64,000 bases of DNA from Dictyostelium discoideum (lineage: Eukaryota): contig CM000153.2 in assembly GCA_000004695.1 (NCBI GenBank), forward strand, positions 5,120,001 to 5,184,000, written 5' to 3'. Below the pieces are notes generated by a model, which was given only the letters and a program-made list of their open reading frames with translations, was not told where the DNA came from and did no database searches. Made by a program: the position numbers and the translations under genes. Shown here in pieces: positions 12,945-24,134 of this stretch (positions are counted from its first letter, which is position 1; the number at the start of each line of letters is the position of its first letter).

Positions 12945-14730
12945 TTAATTAATTTGAGTATTAACTAAACCACCAGCAACACCATCAACAAAATTATCCA
13001 AAAACTTTTTAGTGATTCTAGTATAATTTGTAACTTGTTCTTTCCATTTTATAAATGCTTGATAATCTTCCAATTTATCTAAACTTTGTTCATATTGAGT
13101 TGATAAAAGATTGGTATGTTTTTCGAGATCTTCTTGAAGGTATTCGAAAAGATTACGTTCTTGAGATTTTTTATCCAAATAGTAACCATAGACATAGGAG
13201 TATTGTAATACACGACGATTCTTTAATAACTGTTCAGTTGCCTCCATAAGGAATTTGGTATCAGCCGATCTAACATCGAATTTACTTAAGATTTGTTGTT
13301 CCTTAAGATGTGCGTTCCTTCTTTGTTCATCGGCGATCTTCATAGCGTTTCTATGTGATTCATATCTGTGGTAGTAAAACATATATGCCTCTAATTCAGT
13401 TTTAGCATCATGTGCTTTATCATCATCTTCTTTGGCTTTTGATTTATCATATTTGTTACAATTGTAATAACCACCAGTGGTTGAACCATGTTCAGTCCAT
13501 GGACCACGACATAGCCAACAAAATTCAAATCCACAACCACCTGCATTCTTTCTACATGTCATATGCATACAACCACCTTAATTTTATAATAATAAAAATA
13601 AAAAAATAATGAAAATTAGTATAAATAAATTTTTTTAAAAAAAAAAAAAAAAAAAAAAGTTATAATTTACTTACCATTCTTTTCAATTGGACTACGACAT
13701 TCTGGACATTTTTTAGTATTTGCTAACATCCAAGTTACATTTTCAGATTCATCAGAAGCTTTTTGAAGCCATTTGTCAACTTGACTACATGGACATGGCA
13801 TATGATCACCAATTTCATAATCATTACAATTGAAACAATATTGGAAACCACATTTACAATTAACTGCTTCTTTACGTTCTTTACGATCGCATCTAATAGA
13901 ATATATACAACCAGGAGCTGGACACCATTTAACTTGTGGATTATCATCTACATATGATTTCAAAATAAAGTTATTGAAACGTTCAAACACTTCTGGTGAT
14001 ACAATTTGTTTGAATGCATCTTGATGTACGATTACTTTACATTTTGGTGCTGGACATGGTGTATAAATACATTCAGGTCCTTCACTAACTTTTATCTCTA
14101 AATAGTTTTTATAACATGGTAAACAATAACGATGATTACAAATTAATGCAAATGTTTGTGTTGGTGGGTAATCTTCTAAACAAATTAAACATGAAACATT
14201 TCCACTCTTTTCTACAATTGTTGCATTTAATTTCATAACATTTGGTACACCTGCATCTATACATAATTTCTCTGGATTTTCCATATATCTTTCAATTAAT
14301 TTTTCTTTATTCCATCTATAAAAATAAAACAATAATAATAAAAATAAAAAAAAAATAAAAAAAAAAAAAAAAAAAAAAGGTTAGAATTTATAAATTATTT
14401 AAAAAAAAAAAACTTTTAAAAATAAAAAATTAAAACTTACTTCATATGTCTTAATAAAGTTGAAACAGCAGCTTCAGATGGAATACTTAAAACATCTTTA
14501 ACTTCTTTTATAATTTTATGAGATTCTGAGAAAAGATCATCTTTATTTAAAACTTCAAAACTCTTTTGTCTTGTTAATTTACCTAGAGATCTTTGTGGTT
14601 GGTTTTCATCAAAATCAAACTCTTGGGTTGCTGCATCATCATATTCTGTATCATCTAATGATTCGTTTCCTGACTCTTCGGCTGAATCATCATCTACATC
14701 ATAATCTTCATACATTTCATCGTCTGTCAT
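12945..14730 (-). CDS. Ariadne-type RBR (RING1-IBR-RING2) E3 ubiquitin-protein ligase; exons 14730-14441, 14315-13675, 13576-12945
   Basis: Three minus-strand ORF fragments join through two introns (GTAAGT donors on the minus strand at 14440 and 13674; AG acceptors before 14315 and 13576). Phases are consistent (2, 1, 0). The protein has an acidic N-terminus, then WNKEKLIERY, then C3HC4 RING1 (CLICLEDY...CNHRYCLPC), then IBR (CPAPGC...CKCGFQYCFNC), then RING2 ([34 protein letters not shown]), then a C-terminal Ariadne domain. It may be the D. discoideum rbrA family. Confidence 0.85.
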
Positions 14731-14989
14731 TGCGGTTGAATTATTTAGTTTTTGTTTTTTATTTTTACGTTCTTGTGATGAATTTGGTTGTTGTTGTTGT
14801 TCAGAATCACTAAAATTGCTTAGTTGTTTGTGTGAATCTGTGTTGTTATTACTAATATTTTCTGCTTTTACTGTTGCTGCAGTTTTGGTTGTTGTTGTTG
14901 TTGTTATTCTTTTTTAATTTTTTTTTACCAAACCAACAATTATTATGTGTGATTAGGTATATTATATATTTTGTTAAAATATATATATG

Positions 14990-15055
14990 GGTGTATAAGT
15001 GTGCGTTTGTGTTGTGTTGTGTGTGTATGTATGTATGTATGTGTGTGAGTAAATA
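14990..15055. repeat. (GT)n/(ATGT)n microsatellite
   Basis: The sequence reads tgtgcgtttgtgttgtgttgtgtgtgtatgtatgtatgtatgtgtgtgag. Confidence 0.8.
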
Positions 15056-15284
15056 TATATAAATAATAATTATAAAAATAAAAAAAGAAAAAAAAAGTTG
15101 ATGTGTGATATAATATTAAATATATTTTATAAAATATGGTGTTTTTTTTTTTTTTTTATTATTATTATTTTATTTTTTATTTATTTTTTTTTTTTTTTTT
15201 TTATTTTTTTACTTTTTTTTATTTATTTTTATTTATTTATTTATTTTTTTATGTACAAAAAGAAATAATTGTGGTGTGTTTTAA

Positions 15285-15315
<31 letters not shown>

Positions 15316-15439
15316 TAAAAAAAAAAAAAATTAATTTTTTGTTTTTAATTAAAAAAAAAATGAAAATAAAAAAAAATAAAAAAAAATAAAATTAAAAAAA
15401 AAAATAAAATAAAAAATAAAATAAATATAAAAAAAAAAA

Positions 15440-15575
15440 AAAAAAAAAACATTTATAAAACATAGTTTTCTCACGAATATGAAGTTACTAAAAAAAAATT
15501 AGAATAACGCCAAATTTTTAGTAAATTTATATTCGTGAGAAAACTTTGTTTTATAAATTTTTTTTTTTTTTTTTT
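15440..15575. repeat. Large nested inverted repeat (hairpin/cruciform-capable) in a divergent intergenic region
   Basis: The left arm CATTTATAAAACATAGTTTTCTCACGAATAT (15449-15480) matches the reverse complement of the right arm ATATTCGTGAGAAAACTTTGTTTTATAAATTT (15528-15562) with one mismatch. The loop itself contains an inner palindrome (ttactaaaaa ... tttttagtaa). The whole structure is flanked by poly-A on the left and poly-T on the right. Confidence 0.7.
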
Positions 15576-16273
15576 TTTTTTATTTTTTCAGTTATTTGTT
15601 TTTAATTAAGGAAAAAAAATAAAAAAAATTGGAATTGTCCTAATTTTTTTTTTTTTTTTTTTTTATTTTTTTTAATATTTCCATACGGATAAAATTTTAG
15701 AATAAATATCCTCTTTCTAGAATGTTTGATCTTTTACATTTTATTTATTAAATAATATTACAACCCATTTAATATAAAAAATAAATAAAAAAACAAAAAA
15801 AAAAAAATAATTTTAATTAAATATTTACAATTAAATAAATACCAATCATATTTTAATAAACAAATAATAATATTTTTTTTCCAAAAAAAAAAAAAAATAA
15901 AAAAATAAAAATTTATAATATCTAAATGGATAATATTGTATTATAAATAAAAAAAAAATTTATAATATCGAAAAATCGTTATCAGTAAAAAAAAAAAATA
16001 AATAAATAAAATACATAAAAAAATACTTGTTTACAAAAAAATGATTTTTTTTTATTTTTTTTTTATTTTATTTTTTAATTTCTTTTTTATTTTTTTTTTA
16101 TTTTATTTTTTAATTTTTTTTTTTAATTAATTTTTATAAAAAATTTTATATTTTTTTTTTCTTTTTCTTTTTTTTTTTTTTTTTTTGACACTTTGGATTC
16201 ACACCACTTTAAAAAAAAAAAAAACTAAAAAACTAAAAAAAAAACTAAAATAAAAAAAACAAAAAAATACACA

Positions 16274-17659
16274 ATGGATAATGGTAATAATAATAATAAT
16301 AATAATAACAATGAAAATAATAATGAAAATAAAGATTTTATAGTGGTTGGTGGGATGACATTTTCAACAAATTTTAGAAGAAATAAACCTGCACCAGTAA
16401 TTCAAGCAAATTTTAATAATAATAATAGTTTTATTGGTAGCCCAACAAATACAAATACAACAGTAGCATCGATAAATTCGCCTCAAAATAATAATACCAA
16501 TAATACCAATAATAATAATAATAATAATAATACCAATAATAATATTAATAATACAAATTCTAATAAAAATAATAATAAACAACAACCACAGCAATTTAAA
16601 AGAAGTAAAAAGAAAGATAAATCAAAAGATAAAAAAAACTATCAAGAAGCATTGGCTAGTGGCATGACTGTTGAACAATTACAAAAACTTGAACAAAAAA
16701 AGAATAAAAATCAATATAATGGAAAAAATAAAAAGAAATTACCCTCCTATAATAACAATTTAAATAATGGTCAAATAGATGGCCCAAATAGTAATAGATC
16801 ACCATATGCACCAGTTGATAATAATAATAATAATAACAATAAAAAAAATGGCAATGACAATAAAAAGAAAAAGAGAATTGATACTATAAATAATTTAGAT
16901 CCAATACTATATGATGAAAATCAATATTTGACAAAATTAGAGAAAGAAGTTGAACAATCAAGAGAAAACGAATTAGTTGGTTTCATAAATGATATGAGTT
17001 TTTCAGAAGAAGAAAATAATAATGACGATGATGATGATGACAGTGACGATAATCAAGATGAAAATAATAATAAAAATAATAATAGTATTAAAGATATTAA
17101 AAATAATAAAAATAAAAACAATAGTATTAGAAATAGCAATGATATTTTAAGAAATCTTTCATTTGATGATTCTGCTGATAAATATTTATTTGGTGGACAA
17201 CCAAAAAATAAAAGTAAAAAATATAAACAACAACAACAACAACAGCAACAGCAACAACAAAACAGAATTAAAAAAGTAGATTCAAATGGTAATACAGAAG
17301 ATGAAGAGGAGAATAATAATAATAATAATAATAATGAAAAATTAGATAGTGATGAAGAAATTGATTTAGATTTAGAGGCATTATCATATAAAAAAAGATG
17401 TAGACTTCAAAGAATTCATTCAAAAAATAACAAAACTAAAAAACAATATAAATCAAAACATACTGAAAAGGTTTCATTTATTGGTGGCTCTTATCTTAAT
17501 GATGTTTTTAATGAAGAGAATACTAATTTAGAAAAGAGTTTTTCACCACCACTTTTACCAAAAAGAGTATCATTTGTTCAACCACATCAAAATGAAGTTA
17601 TCATTTTGTCATCATCGAGTGAAGATACTCCTCAACAAAATTCAAATCAAGTCGTACCA

Positions 17660-17745
<86 letters not shown>

Positions 17746-18364
17746 TAATAAAAATGAAATATCAACACTTTCTCTTCAAAAATCTAAAATTGATCAAAAT
17801 AGTGATAGCTACGATAGTGAAGAACAATATGATGAAGATGAAGAAGATGAAACTGATCCTTACGATTATGATAGTGAAGAAGAAGAGGAGGAGGAGAATG
17901 ATAATGAAACTGATTCAGATAATTTCCAAGATGACAGTGGAGAATATGACGAAAATGAAGAAGAAGAATTTGATGAAGATGAAGAAACTGATACAGACTT
18001 TAAATTGGACTTGCAAATATCACATGTAAATGAAAATGATGAAGAGGATTCATACGACTCATTGGAATCCTCAGCGAGTGACAATGATAAAAATTGTAGT
18101 AGATTTCAATCGTGTTATATCAATTCAGAACCATCTGGTGATGAAGTATTCATTAATCCATTCAAACAAAGAGAAGTCGTTGAAATTTCAGATGATTGTT
18201 ATAGTGTTTCTGATGATAGTGATTTTACTGATCAAGAAGAGGTTAGAAAAAGTTCTTTCTCTGATTGGATTAAAAAAGTTCATGGTCCATCAATAGTTTT
18301 ACCAAAGAAATTAACTACTACTACTACTACTACTACTAATAATAATAATAATAATAATAATAAC

Positions 18365-18409
<45 letters not shown>

Positions 18410-18528
18410 CCTTTAATTTCTTCAAATTTAACATACAATACTCCAAATAATAACAATAGTATCTCTACCAATAATTTAAATAACAATAATAATTTAAATA
18501 ATGTAATAGTTGTACCAGATGACGATGA

Positions 18529-18576
<48 letters not shown>

Positions 18577-18982
18577 CAATAATAATAATAATGATAATAA
18601 TAATAATACAAATGAAAACAAATCAAAACCATTATCAAGCTCACCAGTACCAGAGATTATTGACTTAGATTCATTTGATTCATTTAGTAAAAGAGTTGAC
18701 CATATAAACTCTATTAATATGGCTAATTACTTGGCATCACCTTATAAAATTAGTTTATATCCATATGTTAGTGAAGCAATTGAATCAAGTGTAACATTGA
18801 AAAAGGATATCAATGAATTGTTTGACAAAGGTGCCTCGATTTCTCAACTCTCAATTAAACAATTAACTTCAATTGCAACTTTATTCGATAATTTAATTTT
18901 AAGACGTTTTGAAAAGTTTGTATTTTTTTATTTTTGTTTTATAAAAATATATTTATAAATAATATATTAACATATGTATTTG

Positions 18983-19016
<34 letters not shown>

Positions 19017-19702
19017 TGAATTTCCATTATGGCCAATGTCAAAGTTAGCAACACACCAAGTGGAATTTTTATCACAACAATATGGAATTTATAGGGAAAC
19101 AAAAAAGATTAAAGATAGACATACAATTTGCTTATTGATCCCATCAAATATTAAAAAACCATCAATAAAGAAAAAAGATAATTTTATTTTGGCTGCACAA
19201 TCTGAATCTGGTGAATATACTGTTCATGACAGTTTATTTGGTAATTCCAATCTTACTCCTAAGATGACGACGACAACAACCACTACAACTACAACAACTA
19301 CTTCAACATCACCATCGCCATCCCCTTCAAGTAAAGATGGTGGTATGAGAAGAAAAGGAAAAAAGCCATTCACTGGAAGATTTGGTCCGGTTGGTGGTGG
19401 TCCAAAATATCGTAAAAATTCTTTCCCTCAAGCCCAATCTAAAAAACAAAAACTATCAACCAAAAAAGGTCAAAGACAAAATATTGTTGGTGGTGGTGGT
19501 AATGGTGGTAATAAATCTGGTACAACAGTAAAACATGGTGATATTGTTGCAGATGGCATTGCCGCTATCCCAAGTACAAATATTGGTAGTAGCTTACTTA
19601 AGAAAATGGGTTGGTCAGGTGGTGGTCTTGGTGTTAATGGTCAAGGTTTAGAGGAACCAATTAAAGCTGTAGTAAAAAAAGAAAGATCAGGTTTGGGTTT
19701 TG

Positions 19703-19707
<5 letters not shown>
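16274..19707 (+). CDS. Low-complexity (poly-N, poly-Q, acidic) protein whose C-terminal exon carries a G-patch domain; exons 16274-18915 and 19017-19707
   Basis: The 894-aa ORF ends in homopolymer-derived residues. A putative phase-2 intron (donor GTTTGT at 18916, acceptor AG at 19015-19016) joins it in frame to the ORF 18934..19707. That ORF contains a G-patch (SSLLKKMGWSGGGLGVNGQGLEEPIKAVVKKERSGLGF). The donor is non-canonical, so the two ORFs could be separate genes. Confidence 0.5.
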
Positions 19708-19747
<40 letters not shown>

Positions 19748-20536
19748 GTAACATTTATTATCACCTTATATGTATAACTACATTAAAATCATCATCTTTT
19801 TATTGTAAATAAAAAAAAAAAACTCATACTCATTCGTTTTTAGATTATCATAAATTACTTTTTTATTTTTTCTATTTATTTATTTTTTTTATTTAATTAT
19901 TTTATTTTATTTATTTATTTTTTTTAAAAAAAAACAAATGTAATGTTTCTTTGGACTCAACTCACAACAAACGACACTTATTATGATGTCACCATCTACG
20001 GGTTACGCACACATTTGCCTCTCAGTGATTTGAGGGTTTTTATTTTTTATTTATATATTTATTTTTTTTTTTTTTTTTTTTTTTTTTAACCCGCAATGGA
20101 TAAATATCCAAAAAAAAAAAACAGGTTTTGTCATCGTCAAAAAAAAAAATAAAAAAAAAAAAATAAAAAATAAAATAAAATAAAATAAAATAAAATAAAA
20201 GTTATTTATTGTAATATTACAAATTAATTTGGGTTTTCAAAAGCTTCTTTAGTTACCAAGCCAATCTACTATTTTTCCAAGCGTTGCTAAGAAAAAAAAA
20301 TAAAAAATAAAAAAAAATTATTTTAACGAAATTTTGATCAAAAAGTGATGTATTGCTTTTTAAAAAAAAGATATTTTTTTTTTTTCCACCTCAATTTTAT
20401 TTTTTTTTGAATTAAATTTATTTATTTTTTTTTTTTTAAAACCTTCCGTTTTTTTTTTTTTGGTTGTATAAATGATTTTTTTTTTTGTTAATTATTTTGT
20501 TAAAATTTAAAAACAATAAATATATATATAAAAAAA

Positions 20537-21493
20537 ATGAATAAATTAATTTCATTCTTATTAGTATCATTATTTTTAGTTGCTGTAGCTTCTGCTCAAA
20601 CCAGCTACCCAAATCTCCCAACTGAATTCACTGCCGATGTTGAAATTCAAGTTGAAACCTCTCAATCACCATTCCCAATGCCATCAATCAGTGGTACTAT
20701 GTATTATGCTTACCAAAAGAGAGTCCAAAGAATGGATTCAACCGATCCAATGTTTGGTCAAACCGTTACTACCCTCGACCGTTATGATCAAATGAACGAA
20801 TATAACTTTGCTTCTGGTGATTGCAAATGTTCACCAATCTCTGGTGATATGCCACTCTATACCGTCTTACCAGGTAGCACTTATCAAGGTCAATCAAATG
20901 TCAATGGTGTTGAAAGTGACCAATGGATGTTCTCTTTATCACCATCTGTCAACATTTCACTCTTTGTTGACCCAACTCGTGAAATTTTAACTCAAGCTGT
21001 TATGCTTGTCAGCCAACAAGGTACCACTATGACCACCACCATCACCTTCTCAAATGTTAACACCAACTCAATCTCTGATGATATCTTTGAAGTCCCAGCA
21101 TACTGTCAATGCCCAACCCCAGCCCCACCAGTTATCCCACCAGCTAATGCTTGTCCAGGTAACCCACCATCTGGTTGTAATTGTGCACCAGCCTTAAGCT
21201 TCTGTTCTGAAGTTAACTATCCAATCGATTCATCTGATGCTCCATCAGTCGATGCTATGATCGAACAAACTTTCAATAACTTTGTTTCATTCGCTCAACC
21301 AACTGCTGCTTGTGCTTCAAACATGAAAAGCTTTTTATGTGCAACTTTATTCCCCCTCTGTACTGGTTCAATTATCCCAGTTTTACCATGTGCTAACCTT
21401 TGCCCAAGCTGTAGCTGTGGTGCTGGTAACAATACCTGTGCTGCTGCTTTACCAAATACCGTCTGTACTCAATATGGTAATGGTTTCTGTTAA
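20537..21493 (+). CDS. Secreted protein with a C-terminal Frizzled-type cysteine-rich domain (FZ-CRD)
   Basis: N-terminal signal peptide (MNKLISFLLVSLFLVAVASA). The C-terminal roughly 120 aa have FZ-like cysteine spacing (FCSEVNYPID...MIEQTFNNFVSF...FLCATLFPLC...PCANLCPSC). No transmembrane segment. Intronless, 318 aa. Confidence 0.65.
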   Translation: MNKLISFLLVSLFLVAVASAQTSYPNLPTEFTADVEIQVETSQSPFPMPSISGTMYYAYQKRVQRMDSTDPMFGQTVTTLDRYDQMNEYNFASGDCKCSPISGDMPLYTVLPGSTYQGQSNVNGVESDQWMFSLSPSVNISLFVDPTREILTQAVMLVSQQGTTMTTTITFSNVNTNSISDDIFEVPAYCQCPTPAPPVIPPANACPGNPPSGCNCAPALSFCSEVNYPIDSSDAPSVDAMIEQTFNNFVSFAQPTAACASNMKSFLCATLFPLCTGSIIPVLPCANLCPSCSCGAGNNTCAAALPNTVCTQYGNGFC

Positions 21494-22081
21494 ATAAATA
21501 AATAAATAAAATATCTATAAACCTAAAACAAATTATTTATAAAAAAGTCATAAGGAGAACGTTTTATTTTTTTTTTTATTTTTAAAATTTTTTTTTTTTT
21601 TTATTTTTTTAAACAAATAGTGGAAATGAATTAAATAGTATCCAATAATAATAGCAGTAGCAATGACAATCAAATTAAATAATCATTTTCATCATAAGAT
21701 TTGTATTCCCATCATAGACGTTTTAGTGATTATAGTGTGACATGGTAATGAAATAATATCAGCAATAGAAAAAGGAATACAAATCAATATTGATTTGCTG
21801 TAGATCAAATTGTTTAAAAAAATAATAAAATTTTTATTTTTCACGCTAGTACCCAATATGGTAATGGTTTCTGTTAAATTTAATAAATATTTGAATTATA
21901 TCAATTATATTAAATATTACTTTTTTGGAAAATGTTTTCAATTAAAATAGTCCATAAATTCTTAATATTAAAAAAAAAATAAACAAATTTAATTATTTAT
22001 GTAAAAAAACAAATGTAATTATTATAGTTATTAATTTTTTAAATCTTTATTAATTTTTTAAATCTTTATATTATAATTTTT

Positions 22082-22278
22082 TTAATGTAAACCAATTGGT
22101 TTATATTGACTATCTCTTTTAATTTTTCTTGCAATTAAAACAACAACAACTGATATTATAATAACAGCACCAATAACACCAAGAGAGATTCCAATTTTTT
22201 CAGCTTTTGTTAAAACATGTGGAGAATTTCCTTTTGAGGTTGGTTGACTGGTTGAACTTGAACATTGAACATTTTCAA

Positions 22279-22309
<31 letters not shown>

Positions 22310-23794
22310 GTTGATATTAAATTTGATATTACATGAATTCTTATCAGAAAGGCAATTGATACCATAATTATTATAATCACTTGTTTTTTGAACATTTAAA
22401 AAAACAGTTGAATTTATAGTTATGTTTGAAGAACCACAAAATATATTTGAACCATTACCATTTATTAGTGGTGAACCATCAATTTTATTATCAATAAATT
22501 TAACATTATTAATAGAAATAGTGCAATTTAAATTATAAATTGAACCACCTAAACCATTTTTAGCAAAATTTTCATTAAAAATTGTATTGGAAATGGTTAA
22601 ATAATTACTACTTTGATTTGTACCACATTGATCTATATAAATTGCACCACCATTTTGAGCATGATTATTTGTAAAAGTACAATTGTTGATAGTTGCTTGG
22701 TTATTCAATAGTGTGATTGCACCACCAACATTATTAATGTAGTTATTAATATTGTTATTTTCAAATGAACATGAATCAATTACTGATTGACCTCCATTCT
22801 TTAGTAAAATAGGTAAAGTGTTTAAAGTATTAACAAAGTTACAAGATGAAAATGAACTCGTTGCACTTGAGTCACCAGATATTTGAATGACAATTCCACC
22901 ATATGTATCAGTGACATTAACATTACTAAATTTGAAAACTGGTATACTTGGAGTAGTTGTAGAAGTATTGTTGTTATTATTGGTTTTAATTAGATAAATT
23001 GAATTATTTGAACTACCACCAGTAATAATTGTATTGGAAATTGACAAGAAACCATTATTGATCATTAATATACTACCAATATCATTGGAAACAAAATTTA
23101 AAATATTTGAATCTTCAATTGTAAAAATAATTGGTATGCCATCACTATAAATAATACCACCAACTGCATTCACAAGTTTAGTGTTGTTAAATGTTGATTG
23201 AATGATTGAAACGGTACTATTTTTAGTTGATGAAGGTGAAGGTAATGGTAAATTATTTTTTAAAAATGCAAAAGTTCCACCTACATGATAAGCAGCGTTT
23301 CTGTAAAATGAGCATTTTGTAACTGATAAATTTATTAAACTTGAACCATTCACTAATACAACAGATCCATCAGATAAACCATTCTTAAATGTTATACCAT
23401 AAAAAGTAATATTATTTACATCTAGATTACTCTTTATTTGAATATTTATAAATGGGTCTATTAATTCTGTTAAATCTAAAAATACATTTGGTGCAATAAT
23501 ATCTGGTGAGGCTGAATTTATTATTGAAATGGTTTTATTTGTAATTTCACCAAATGTTGTTTTTTCAACATTATAATACCCTGGACTGATTGTCATTAAC
23601 ATTTCAGAGAATTGGCCACAATTTGAAATTGACTGTGAAATTGTTGAACAAGGATTATCTGATGTTCCACAATCATTTGAATCTGAATTTGAATCTGAAT
23701 TAACAAAAGTATTACAAACCTGACAATTTACAAAGCCAATTAAAAAATTTATAATAATAATTAAAAAAAACAATAAGTAATTGTTTTTCTTCAT
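22082..23794 (-). CDS. Type I membrane protein with a parallel beta-helix ectodomain carrying Chlamydia PMP-like repeats (GGAI/GGSI and FxxN motifs)
   Basis: Signal peptide (MKKNNYLLFFLIIIINFLIGFVNC). Repeated motifs: GGAITLLNNQATINNCTFTNN, NGGAIYIDQ, GLGGSIYNLN. A poly-Asn run is present. A C-terminal TM helix (ISLGVIGAVIIISVVVVLIA) is followed by a short basic tail. Confidence 0.7.
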
Positions 23795-24134
23795 TTTTTT
23801 TATATTATAATATGTAAATAAAATATTTTTTTTTTAAAAAAAAAAAACAAAAAAAAAAAAAAAATAAAAAAAATAAAAAGAAAAAGAAAAAGAAGATTTT
23901 TTTTTTTTTTTTTGATAATTTTTGATATTTATAGATTTTTTTTTTAAAAAAAAAATGACGTGGTAATCAAAATTGGTAAAAAACAATTATTTAATTAAAT
24001 TTGTTTTTAATATGGATTCAATATAGATAAATAGAGCACCCAAAAATACACAAAAGGATATAAAATATAAAAAAAAAAAAAAAAAAAAGTATAAAAATTA
24101 AATCATTTCGATTAAAATTAATTTCTCTTTTATT

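Noticed and set aside
13055-14024. Plus-strand ORFs 13055..13249, 13412..13609, 13763..13957 and 13830..14024, and minus ORF 13735..13947, within the Ariadne locus.
   Set aside because: They overlap well-supported RBR-ligase exons on the opposite strand or in other frames. They have no domain signal.
14874-15318. ORFs 14874..15062+ and 15136..15318+ in the Ariadne upstream region.
   Set aside because: They read through T-runs and the (GT)n microsatellite and are not coding.
18280-18621. Minus-strand ORF 18280..18621 and ORFs 16364..16594-, 17574..18029+, 17866..18084- and 18030..18296+, all inside the 16274 gene.
   Set aside because: They are antisense or out-of-frame readings of the Asn-, Asp- and Glu-codon repeats of that gene, with pure poly-L or poly-I composition.
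20091-20099. AACCCGCAA resembling the DUSE ncRNA upstream element.
   Set aside because: It has one mismatch to the consensus. The only candidate RNA (the GC-rich island at 19935-20040) lies upstream of it rather than about 60 bp downstream, and the downstream side is pure A-tract.
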